20,000 bases of DNA from an uncultured virus (IMG/VR IMGVR_UViG_3300021961_000069) (taxonomy: Duplodnaviria; Heunggongvirae; Uroviricota; Caudoviricetes). The stretch lies in the IMG/VR virus record IMGVR_UViG_3300021961_000069, one strand, 5' to 3'. The notes below the pieces were generated by a model, which saw only the letters and a list, made by a program, of their open reading frames with translations, made no database searches and was not told the DNA's origin. Positions 9,801 through 17,022 of the stretch are shown here, one piece after another (within the stretch, counting starts at the first letter, position 1; each line of letters begins with the position of its first letter). The position numbers and the translations under genes are program-made.

Positions 9801-10220
9801 CTGTTCTGCTAGATTTTTTCCGTTGCTATCAATAAGGCTTTCAGATGTAGTAACTGTAGCGAATTTTAATAGCCCTTGTCCAGGAACATTTCTCTTAGCG
9901 TTATAAGAAAGCATACGTGCCAATCTCAACACGCTTTCCCTGCGTTCTGCTAATTCGATAAAGTTTTCTCTTGATGCTAGATCAACACGGAATGCTAAAC
10001 TCTGTCCTAGGAATGCTACGGCATCGATTAGTGCTAGATATTCTGATGACTCTACATAATCGTTGAAATCTTCTGGATAATTCTCACGGATATATGTGAT
10101 AATCACCCTACGGAGATTCTCGAAGTCGTAGGATTTGAAATCAGCGTTTTTAAACGTTTGATAGATCCTAGTCCAATCTTCGTTTAGTAGTAAATTATTT
10201 TGTCTTGATGTAGTTGCCAT
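6807..10220 (-). CDS. gp6: Baseplate wedge subunit, T4 gp6 / baseplate J-like (1137 aa, enlarged)
   Basis: N-terminal SYDFENLR...DFNDYVESS...RENFIELAERRESVLRLARMLSYNAKR, central LTFADGVYGNLP and ESTDNIRQNAPAVYYTQNRMVTGEDY are hallmark gp6/J motifs; follows gp25. Confidence 0.9.
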   Translation of the reverse strand: MATTSRQNNLLLNEDWTRIYQTFKNADFKSYDFENLRRVIITYIRENYPEDFNDYVESSEYLALIDAVAFLGQSLAFRVDLASRENFIELAERRESVLRLARMLSYNAKRNVPGQGLLKFATVTTSESLIDSNGKNLAEQIIQWNDPTNNNWLEQFLVILNSAMSDNTEFGRSQGVSTIQGIRTEQYRFRSTNTDVPIFTYSKTASGRGMAFEVVSTSFQGSEEIYEEPPVPGNQMGFIYRNDGKGPGSANTGFYLMFKQGSLELADFEIDVPTTNETVAIDTPNINNNDVWLFKLSPDGVQQDEWKKVESLIGNNIAYNSVTQDIRNIYNVITKEDDKIDLTFADGVYGNLPQGAFRTYYRVSNGLSYTISPNEMRGINIAIPYVNKQGLSHTLTIGLDLQYTVATASGSESTDNIRQNAPAVYYTQNRMVTGEDYNLAPLSSSQDILKVKSVNRTASGISRNYEIIDASGKYSDINVFADDGYIFKEETEKNITFKFTSRIDIINFIKRSIEPLFSSTDVYNFYLTKEEKIIFANNNVIWEQVTTDTNLTTGYFKNAVDNTLLKTGSYSTNNLQYLFTGAMIKFIPPTGKAFRKGKLVNVDASDPLQTDRIWTKTINIVGDGTNADRGILSSGLGPVSFSDTVPSGAIASRVVPRFVNDLPTSLETEITNEIFQNLNFGLRFDVQESAWKIITASNLNLLNAFSLGKAGDITNSNLDSSWYLAFVKEADEYVVRVRSMEYVFGSKEQNRFYFDASEKQYNDTLGNVIKDQIKVLGINTGSDFITPLYSDFSFEIDDTIKFDDGYESAEEIKLAFYDSDDDGVIDNPESFEQIVGVDSDLNFLFFQQIVDVSGATAYQLIDNTNDTIKILQKESLLDFNDTTTYPDGQLVYFYDVNEDRVKRVNRTTNTLVLESGYKGVYGRDKIKFQYIHNATVDRRIDPSSSNIIDTYLLTRSYDQAYRVWLAGGTTTEPEAPTTDALRVTFGGKLNAIKSISDEIIYHPVRYKVLFGAKAETKLQASFKVVKNPGETINDNDLKVRIVSAINEFFDINNWDFGDRFYVSELITYIVNQVAPDISNMVLVPRQTDQEFGSLFEIQSQPDEILISGATVDDVEIVSSISATEVRANINAFVTSTE

Positions 10221-10237
10221 TTATTCGTTCCTATATG

Positions 10238-10246
10238 ATATTTAGC
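10238..10246 (-). promoter_or_regulatory. Putative phage late promoter (GCTAAATAT, TAAATA core) upstream of gp6
   Basis: Minus strand reads GCTAAATATCATATAGGAACGAATAAATG: TAAATA core, AGGA Shine-Dalgarno, then the gp6 ATG. It lies in the only real gap (42 bp) inside the operon and resembles the T4 late consensus TATAAATA. Confidence 0.65.
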
Positions 10247-10262
10247 ATACCCAATTAAGTGC

Positions 10263-10700
10263 TTAGTTAATGACAGAGTTCTCTTTGTCAAAATCAAATG
10301 TCATACGTTCATTCACATTGAATGGAACATAAGTAACATCTGCCTGTATGCGGATACCCTGGTCTGTGGTATCAACCTGTACTTCATTAACCACGATCCT
10401 CGGATCATAATTAATAATATCTTCAACATCTTTAGCGATCATAGTTTTAACATCTTCTGTAAAGTTTTCAAACAACATATCCCATATCACGGTGCCAAAT
10501 TCAGGATTTTCTAACTTCTCTCCCTTGCGAATATAGAAATGGTTGATCAAATCTTGCTTGACTAGATCTATGTCATAGAGTTTAAAATTACGACTGGTTT
10601 CTTTGCTACTAAACCCTTTGTAAGTAAATACTCCGCCTTTGTCTCCCACGGTAGCTACATTAGTCGCTACTGTTTTTTGATTGTAAAGTCTGTTAGCCAT
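10263..10700 (-). CDS. gp25: Baseplate wedge / sheath-initiator protein, gp25 (GPW/gp25) family
   Basis: 145 aa with LVKQDLINHFYIRKGEKLENPEFGTVIWDMLFE and IINYDPRIVV, the gp25 GE..P.FG and EPR/DPR motifs; located between spike and gp6. Confidence 0.92.
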   Translation of the reverse strand: MANRLYNQKTVATNVATVGDKGGVFTYKGFSSKETSRNFKLYDIDLVKQDLINHFYIRKGEKLENPEFGTVIWDMLFENFTEDVKTMIAKDVEDIINYDPRIVVNEVQVDTTDQGIRIQADVTYVPFNVNERMTFDFDKENSVIN

Positions 10701-12289
10701 TATACGTTCCTCTCTCTATCAGTTTCTGCTGGATCTACGTATGTAGGAACTTGGTTTTCGTGCAACACCCAAGGTTCGTGCATCGGAATCCTTTTTACTA
10801 TGCTATCAACTAAAAGTGTTTGATATTTGGTGCTCCAACTTAATGTAGGATCTGTCTTAGGATTTTTATGCGTTGATAGCGGATTAATCGCAGTAGCTTT
10901 TTGTGCTACTGGTCCATTCATATCAATCCTTGTGGCTGTTTCAGTATGATTACCTCCACTATTGATATCAATGTTTCCTCTCGTGGTAATTTTTGTGCTT
11001 CCGCCGACTACTAAATCGCTGTTGCTACCAACTGTTATCTGTCTGTTGTTGCCAGCGATCATTTTAGTGTTCCACTTGCTTTCGATATAAACCCTACCAC
11101 TTTCAAAATTATTTGAGTCAAGTTGTGCATTGTTTGAATATTCTGCAGATGCTTTTAAATTAATATTCCTTCCAGCTTCCATATTAATGTCTCTGTCTGC
11201 TTTGATGTTCAGATCATTTTCAGTGTGGATGCTTATGCTATCTCTAGCATAGATATCTATCTTGCCGTTTGATGTTAGTTCTATCCAAGTAGTTCCTTTT
11301 GAATTTCCAATATAAATTAAATCTTCTGAATTGTGCATCAATAATTGATGTCCAGTTCTTGTTCTCAATCTCACATATTCATTGTATGGGATATCTGAAT
11401 TACCTTTTTCACCGTTTTGTGTGTCAGCATAATCTACTGGTCCTTCACCTGCTGGTGTTTTTCTTTGATACCTATCATCACCATCGTCCATCACGAACTG
11501 TGTGCCACCTAATCTGCTCACAGGTACTGGCTTAGGTGTTTGGCTTTCATTTACTCCTATCTTGGCTCGTTTTGCTCCATTCTTTCTATCGAGAGGTCCT
11601 GGAGTAGATATACCAAATACCATACTAGGAACTTCTCTACGAGCTGATGATGTTGTGGTTCCTCTAGCATCATCTTCTATCAATCCTTGTCTTAGGAAAT
11701 GTTCTGCGATAGGATGTAGAGGCTTTTTAAATTTTTCTACATCTATCTTTTTTCCTTTGGATCTGTTTAATCTTCTGTTCGCTTCTGCTACTGGTAACGG
11801 CATTTTTCCTGTACCAGGCCAGTTATAGGTCTTTTTATCAGCTTCGTCTATTTCAACTTCGCTCGATCCTGCTATAGCAGGAACCATATGGTTACCAAAA
11901 TTACTAGGTATGCAACCGATCCAGAACCCTTGTGAAGGATCTCCATCTACAAATGTTACTAATACCGTGACACCTACATCAGGTGGGACAAACCACATAC
12001 CATAACTTTTTTGTGTATCATTATATGCTTCGTAAGTGGATGCGCCGTCCTCTGTGCTGTTACCGCCCATAAATTCATAACCAGTGTATCCAAAGAATGG
12101 CATCGCACATCTTACCACATAGGTTTGTGAATCATCTCCTAGAGTATTACCTTGTTCTCTTAACAGGGTAACTTCTAATGCTCCCATAAAACTAGGATCT
12201 AGATGGCTTACAATTTTTGCCAGATAGGTTCCTTCGCCGACTGATCGGGAATCTGTTTTGCTGATCGTTGATCTTTTTTCAATAGCCAT
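10700..12289 (-). CDS. gp5: Baseplate central spike, gp5/VgrG-like (OB-fold plus beta-helix, no lysozyme domain recognised)
   Basis: OB-fold motif YGMWFVPPDVGVTVLVTFVDGDPSQGFWIGC, then VRLRTRTGHQLLM and periodic beta-helix repeats (GKIDIYARDSISIHTENDLNIKADRDINMEAGRNINLKA); directly upstream of gp25. Confidence 0.85.
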   Translation of the reverse strand: MAIEKRSTISKTDSRSVGEGTYLAKIVSHLDPSFMGALEVTLLREQGNTLGDDSQTYVVRCAMPFFGYTGYEFMGGNSTEDGASTYEAYNDTQKSYGMWFVPPDVGVTVLVTFVDGDPSQGFWIGCIPSNFGNHMVPAIAGSSEVEIDEADKKTYNWPGTGKMPLPVAEANRRLNRSKGKKIDVEKFKKPLHPIAEHFLRQGLIEDDARGTTTSSARREVPSMVFGISTPGPLDRKNGAKRAKIGVNESQTPKPVPVSRLGGTQFVMDDGDDRYQRKTPAGEGPVDYADTQNGEKGNSDIPYNEYVRLRTRTGHQLLMHNSEDLIYIGNSKGTTWIELTSNGKIDIYARDSISIHTENDLNIKADRDINMEAGRNINLKASAEYSNNAQLDSNNFESGRVYIESKWNTKMIAGNNRQITVGSNSDLVVGGSTKITTRGNIDINSGGNHTETATRIDMNGPVAQKATAINPLSTHKNPKTDPTLSWSTKYQTLLVDSIVKRIPMHEPWVLHENQVPTYVDPAETDRERNV

Positions 12290-12290
12290 A

Positions 12291-14666
12291 TTAACTTCTC
12301 AAATGATCCGGTATTATTGGATTAGTTTCTGTTACTTTTCTACTTACGCTTCCTGTTCCTGTTAATATATTAGGAATTATCGGATCTGTTACTGTTACTC
12401 TCGCTTCTTGTTCTTTAGTAAAAGAAACTTGCAACGCTGTATTTTTATCTGCTGGTAACTCTTGTAGTTCTTTACTGCCGTCTGCGAAATCGCTAGGTTG
12501 TGCTGGCATTCTAACACAGCTTAATCTTTGGATAAACTTACCATCTTTAAAATCATTCTCACAGGCTGTGACTCTATAAATTCCAGTAAATTCGCTTTCT
12601 GTTTTTTGGAAATCATATGTTCCTTTAACGTCATTTAAATCTATAGGATTGCGGAAAGTGATGTATGTATAAACCGTTCCGCTTTCATAGTTCATCGTTC
12701 CGTCTGAGGTGATCTGTGCTGAAGGATCTGTAGCACCTGCGAAATAATTATTCACTCCACTATCCACCAACCAATAAGGATCTCCTAAAATTTCTAACTG
12801 AACAGTGACTAAGTCTCCACTGCTACCATTAATAAATGCTCTTTGGAAAGATTCAGCGACCAGCTGTTCTGATGATTTTCCAGCATTACCGCCTTTAAAT
12901 CTCGTGAGTGCTTCGGGATCTCTTTTTGTCCTAGCCCTTCCTAAATTAGCGAGCTGTGAGCCACTTGCAGGTCCTACTGTTTTTTCTGTTTTAGTCTGTA
13001 AATTTTCAGCGGTACCTTGTTGGTTTTGATCGATTAAATTTCCCGAATCTCCTTCATTGGATGAGTTAGCACCTGCGAAAAATAAATTATTAATCTGTAT
13101 ATCAAAACTTAAAACATCAGTGTTCTGTCCAGTATAGATATAGTTATACTCTTTGCTGATCTTGCGTTGTATCTCTTGGTATCCAACAGGCATAGAATTA
13201 GGATTACTGAAAATGCTGTGATGAACTAAGAATGGTACTACACGGAAAGTGATTTTTCTAGCATAGTCTCCTACGATCGGATCGAAGTCTAATAGCTCTA
13301 TCTGTACATCGAGCCGGAACCATTTAATATGTCCTTCGGGTGTTAATTTTTTAGGATCCATTGCATCTCGAGCATACTTAGAACTTAAGATTATTTGGTT
13401 TATTATCGATGTCAATGTCTGGCTCTGCGCAAACTGGAATGTACGTTTTTTAGGATCTATTGTCATCTTATCTCTATTGATTTTTCCGTTTTCTTCTACA
13501 TCGCCGTGTTTTTTGAAAGCATAGTTTCCGCCTTGCGTTTGATCAAATCCTAGATCTGCATTTCCGATTACGTTGATAGATTCTGCAGGAGGTAACTGCG
13601 GTGTAGTTCCTTTCAACATCGACGGAACATATCTAGTATCTACTGTAGGATTTGTTATTTTTTCATTAGGGTCCTGCGTGGCACCTTTATCTGTTTCACC
13701 TTGATTGTATCGATAAAATACTGTAGAATCTTCAGGAAACTGTATATCATAGATATCCGCTACGCCTATCTGTCTTTCTACTACTAATTTTTCTTCGATT
13801 CGATTTAACACTGAGGCTAAACTTTCAGGTCCTGATCTTAAAATTTCTTCTACAGTACCTTTTTGTCCTGAAACTATTTTTAGATCATTATATGTGATGT
13901 TAGTTACATCTGAAAATCCTTGATGGCTGTAAGGTACTGCTTCTACTTTATAAACGCTTCCGCTTTCAGTAGTATTGAATCTAACCGTAACTATTTTCAT
14001 AGTGAAAAACTTTGGTTTGATGCTGGTTATTAATTCTCCGGTTTCTTTGTATCCTTTAAAATCTAATCTTAACACATAGGGAGCATTATTCAAATAATTT
14101 GCGAATCCTGAATTTACCGCCGAGTTCTGGAGACTTTGTAAAAACTGTCCCATACTATAAGGTTCAAAAACTTCAAACTCGATTTTAAAAACATTAGAGT
14201 TTCCTGATTTAGCATTAGCCGCGATCGATGATCTTAGAGAAAAATCATTAACATAAAATTCAGGAGTTCCTGCGGCATTTTTGGCACGTTGGCTGTCAAA
14301 TCTTCCGCCACTACTAAAAACTATATTTTTTAATTCAGATTCATTGTTCCGATAACTTCTAGGATCATTAAACTGTTCTTTGGTAAGACAGGCCATAGTC
14401 CATAATGGAGTGTAAGATGCGAATGCTTCGAGCGGATTAGGAATTATATTTTCTAAATTCTTTTTGATCGTGACCGGTTTATTTGGATCGGCGAATGATG
14501 TGCTTTTGCCGCTTTGTATTTCGTCAGTCGCTTTAGCAAATTGGTCTGCGGTTAATCTAGTTGCTTGACCTTTGGATAAATGGCTTGGAAAGGGAGATTT
14601 ATTTAAAGTAGTGCCGTCTGGTTTTCTTTGAGCATTAAAGACCGAAGTTCCTATATCTCTAGCCAT
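12291..14666 (-). CDS. Putative baseplate hub protein (gp27 / P2 gpD-like), 791 aa
   Basis: C-terminal VQLEILGDPYWL...FTGIYRVTACENDFKDGKFIQRLSCVR matches the hub-family terminal barrel pattern (i.GdP...G.Y.V......f..g.f.q.L...R). It sits between the LysM/gp53 gene and the spike, with an AGGAG RBS in the upstream gene tail. Confidence 0.65.
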   Translation of the reverse strand: MARDIGTSVFNAQRKPDGTTLNKSPFPSHLSKGQATRLTADQFAKATDEIQSGKSTSFADPNKPVTIKKNLENIIPNPLEAFASYTPLWTMACLTKEQFNDPRSYRNNESELKNIVFSSGGRFDSQRAKNAAGTPEFYVNDFSLRSSIAANAKSGNSNVFKIEFEVFEPYSMGQFLQSLQNSAVNSGFANYLNNAPYVLRLDFKGYKETGELITSIKPKFFTMKIVTVRFNTTESGSVYKVEAVPYSHQGFSDVTNITYNDLKIVSGQKGTVEEILRSGPESLASVLNRIEEKLVVERQIGVADIYDIQFPEDSTVFYRYNQGETDKGATQDPNEKITNPTVDTRYVPSMLKGTTPQLPPAESINVIGNADLGFDQTQGGNYAFKKHGDVEENGKINRDKMTIDPKKRTFQFAQSQTLTSIINQIILSSKYARDAMDPKKLTPEGHIKWFRLDVQIELLDFDPIVGDYARKITFRVVPFLVHHSIFSNPNSMPVGYQEIQRKISKEYNYIYTGQNTDVLSFDIQINNLFFAGANSSNEGDSGNLIDQNQQGTAENLQTKTEKTVGPASGSQLANLGRARTKRDPEALTRFKGGNAGKSSEQLVAESFQRAFINGSSGDLVTVQLEILGDPYWLVDSGVNNYFAGATDPSAQITSDGTMNYESGTVYTYITFRNPIDLNDVKGTYDFQKTESEFTGIYRVTACENDFKDGKFIQRLSCVRMPAQPSDFADGSKELQELPADKNTALQVSFTKEQEARVTVTDPIIPNILTGTGSVSRKVTETNPIIPDHLRS

Positions 14667-14667
14667 C

Positions 14668-14967
14668 TTATACTCCTAGAAACTTTTCCAAATTACTTCT
14701 TTTAGGAAGATAAATTGTCACTCCTGGCTCAAAATCATATATAGGATCTCTTAATACACTCATATTTCTTTGCACAAATACCCACCATAACTTAGCCGAT
14801 CCATAAAGATCGTAAGCTAATAGATCTGGTCTGTGTTTGTATTGATTTTCTATGGTATATTGAAAATCATCAGATTCAGCAGGAACTGGTCGTATTTCTA
14901 GTAACTCGAGGTATGATTTATTCTGAGAAGTAGTTGCCCACGGACTTGTTTTTTTATAAACTGCCAT
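14668..14967 (-). CDS. gp53: Baseplate wedge protein gp53-like (LysM-type)
   Basis: 99 aa with YTIENQYKHRPDLLAYDLYGSAKLWWVFVQRN...PGVTIYLP, matching the gp53/gpX RPD.la...YG...lwW...N signature. Confidence 0.85.
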   Translation of the reverse strand: MAVYKKTSPWATTSQNKSYLELLEIRPVPAESDDFQYTIENQYKHRPDLLAYDLYGSAKLWWVFVQRNMSVLRDPIYDFEPGVTIYLPKRSNLEKFLGV

Positions 14968-16091
14968 TATAGATATCCTATTCCATCTGGATCCGCTGTA
15001 ATTCCTCTAGCAAAGTCTTGTAGATTAAATTTACGTAATCTTTCTCTGCTGTACACCGGTACCACGGTGACCGAAATATCACTTAAAACAGGAACCCAAG
15101 TGCTGGTTCCAAATGTATTACATTTGACATAATTTACATCATTAGGTAAATCGACACTGAAACTTTTAATGATCACAGGAACTTTATCAAATACTGATGA
15201 TCCGTATCCTGTAAGATTACAAACTAATGGAGGATTACCTGCATTTTCTCCCTGTCCGAAAAACATTTTAGTTGCGGTACGGAAGAATGTGGTCGCCGCT
15301 ATCCAATATGCGGCATCTGTTTCTGTCTCTGCGGAGAATTGTCCAGCTATTGAGATATCATTTACTTGGCTATTTTTATAAGCATAATAAGGTTGGTTGC
15401 TATGTACTGTATCGATCTGAGAATAATTTGCAGAAGTAGCTACACTAACCGTAGGGAGATAAGGCCATACAACTCCGCCCGTATTTTCTAATAATTTAAA
15501 CAGCGGACTGTCGAAAATATTCCATTGGCAGGTTATTCGTACTCGCCAATCGTCTTTGGCTCCTGGTTCTACTTTTATCGCTGAACCTGTCTGTTTAAAA
15601 AGCTCACCGCCTGCTGGAAGATTTGATCCTCTAACCAAACTTAAGAGATTATTAATATTGCCTGCGGCTTTTGAAACTGTTCCTGCGAAACTTGAAATAC
15701 CGCTGGCTAATCCGCCGCCTGTGATTTTACTCAATGCTCCTTGGATGTCTGGAGTAAGACTGCTGGTCGATCCTGCTACGGTTTGCAAATTACCTATCCC
15801 GCCTGGGATGTTGCTCTGTACGGTATTGCTGATTCCGCCTAACGCAGAAGGTGCTCCACCTAATAATGCCTGTGCGTTCTGTGTAGCAGTATTGATATTA
15901 GGAATATTTGTTCCGCTAAGTCCGTTTAGACCGCTACCAATACCTCCTGATAGCTGATTAATTTTAGCATCTAATCCAGCTTTACCAAGAGGATTTTGCG
16001 TCAGCAGATTTCCTCCTAGGTTGGATGCTTGATTTAATGATTGCTGAGTCGATGTCAGCAATTTTGCCAAAGGATTTATCGATAATGCCAT
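14967..16091 (-). CDS. Putative tail-tube initiator / baseplate tube cap (gp48/gp54/P2 gpU-like) with a low-complexity N-terminus
   Basis: The C-terminal ~200 aa (VVWPYLPTVSV...ANYSQIDTVHSNQPYYAYKNS...ISIAGQF...GNPPLVCNLTGYG...VPVIIKSFSVD) show a tube-fold pattern including the PP.v.l..g motif. It is the first gene of the operon, just ahead of the LysM gene. Confidence 0.6.
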   Translation of the reverse strand: MALSINPLAKLLTSTQQSLNQASNLGGNLLTQNPLGKAGLDAKINQLSGGIGSGLNGLSGTNIPNINTATQNAQALLGGAPSALGGISNTVQSNIPGGIGNLQTVAGSTSSLTPDIQGALSKITGGGLASGISSFAGTVSKAAGNINNLLSLVRGSNLPAGGELFKQTGSAIKVEPGAKDDWRVRITCQWNIFDSPLFKLLENTGGVVWPYLPTVSVATSANYSQIDTVHSNQPYYAYKNSQVNDISIAGQFSAETETDAAYWIAATTFFRTATKMFFGQGENAGNPPLVCNLTGYGSSVFDKVPVIIKSFSVDLPNDVNYVKCNTFGTSTWVPVLSDISVTVVPVYSRERLRKFNLQDFARGITADPDGIGYL

Positions 16092-16118
16092 TTTGATTAA
16101 ATTGTTTCCTATTAACTC

Positions 16119-16126
16119 TATTTATT
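16119..16126 (-). promoter_or_regulatory. Putative phage late promoter (AATAAATA) for the baseplate operon
   Basis: Minus strand reads GAATAAATAGAGTTAATAGGAAAC...ATG, a 7/8 match to T4 late TATAAATA, 27 nt upstream of the first structural gene; shares the TAAATA core with the site upstream of gp6. Confidence 0.65.
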
Positions 16127-16150
16127 CAGATAATAATGTGCTATTATAAT
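16122..16150 (+). promoter_or_regulatory. Putative host sigma70-type promoter for the late sigma gene
   Basis: TGTGCTATTATAAT: perfect TATAAT at 16145-16150, or alternatively an extended -10 TGcTATTAT. The -35 (TTATTC at 17 bp spacing) is weak. AGGAG RBS at 16158-16162 precedes ATG 16168. Confidence 0.55.
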
Positions 16151-16167
16151 AAGTAATAGGAGAACAT

Positions 16168-17022
16168 ATGAGCTTACCAAAACAGAAATATCTAAATAAC
16201 AGAGACCTCTTAAAAGAGATCCATAGGTCTAAAAATACTTACTGTACCTACACAGACAAAGAGTATCAAGACTACGACATCATACTAAGCGATCTCGATC
16301 GTATCAACATACGTACCATAGCAGAAGCAAAACGCAATCGTGCGGCTAGATTAGCAAGAGCAAACTGGGAGGCCGCACAACGGGCATCACAGAAAAAATT
16401 AAGCCAAAAAGAGTTCGAGATAGACTATCGCAAAATGCAGAAAGAAGATTTAGTTTTCCGTATTATGACTTTTGATCACGTACCTAAAGCACCCGGTAGA
16501 AAAAAGACCGTAAAAACTGTAGCAGATGCACACGAACGCTGTAACTTTCCTCCATTCCAGCATTGGAAATTTGACGAGAAAGGTAACCTAATATTAGTAG
16601 GTAAAAGCCATTGGCGAGGCGATCTAGAAAAAGGCGAGTTTAACAAAGAGCACGGACAGATGACAGATAATCTAGCACGTATGTTCTTAAAGCTATGCGA
16701 ACGCTATGCTACCCGTGGTAACGTTCGTGGATATACCTACAATGACGAAATGCGTGGACAAGCGATATTGCAATTAACACAGATTGGATTACAGTTTGAT
16801 GAAAGCAAATCGGATAATCCTTTCGCTTACTATACCGCGGCAGTAACCAATTCATTCGTTAGGATCATTAATATAGAAAAACGCAACCAAAATATCAGAG
16901 ATGACATTTTAGAAATCAATGGAATGACTCCTAGTTGGACTAGGCAGAATGCAGGTGGAGACACAGGCGAAAGCGGTGCTGTCACTGACATTGATCCTAA
17001 AAAAATCAATGACAAAGATTGA
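16168..17022 (+). CDS. gp55: RNA polymerase sigma factor for late transcription, T4 gp55-like, with large insertion
   Basis: YLNNRDLLKEI (T4 YVNNKELLQAI), RGNVRGYTYNDEM (T4 RFNFSGYT...EM) and FDESKSDNPFAYYT (T4 FDETKYKNPHAYIT); T4 motifs recalled from memory. The gp55-gp47-gp46 order is as in T4-like phages. Confidence 0.88.
   Translation: MSLPKQKYLNNRDLLKEIHRSKNTYCTYTDKEYQDYDIILSDLDRINIRTIAEAKRNRAARLARANWEAAQRASQKKLSQKEFEIDYRKMQKEDLVFRIMTFDHVPKAPGRKKTVKTVADAHERCNFPPFQHWKFDEKGNLILVGKSHWRGDLEKGEFNKEHGQMTDNLARMFLKLCERYATRGNVRGYTYNDEMRGQAILQLTQIGLQFDESKSDNPFAYYTAAVTNSFVRIINIEKRNQNIRDDILEINGMTPSWTRQNAGGDTGESGAVTDIDPKKINDKD

Noticed and set aside
7981..9906. ORFs 7981-8646 (221 aa), 8639-8827, 9274-9459, 9561-9743 and 9622-9906
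   Set aside because: All lie within gp6, antisense or out of frame. Long antisense frames are expected from codon bias, and they show no motifs.
10253..10268. Imperfect inverted repeat AATTAAG-TG-CTTAGTT at the gp25 stop
   Set aside because: Short and AT-rich with a 2-nt loop and no U-tract; not a credible terminator and likely chance.
11299..15957. Plus-strand ORFs inside the spike, hub and tube-initiator genes
   Set aside because: Antisense shadows of well-supported genes.
6807..16091. Bacterial eCIS/T6SS/tailocin locus as an alternative interpretation
   Set aside because: The adjacent gp55-like sigma, gp47/gp46 and T4-like late promoter motifs indicate a lytic phage genome.
16192..16198. 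CTAAATA late-promoter-like motif on the plus strand inside gp55
   Set aside because: It is explained by the conserved YLNN codons, and there is no nearby downstream start.
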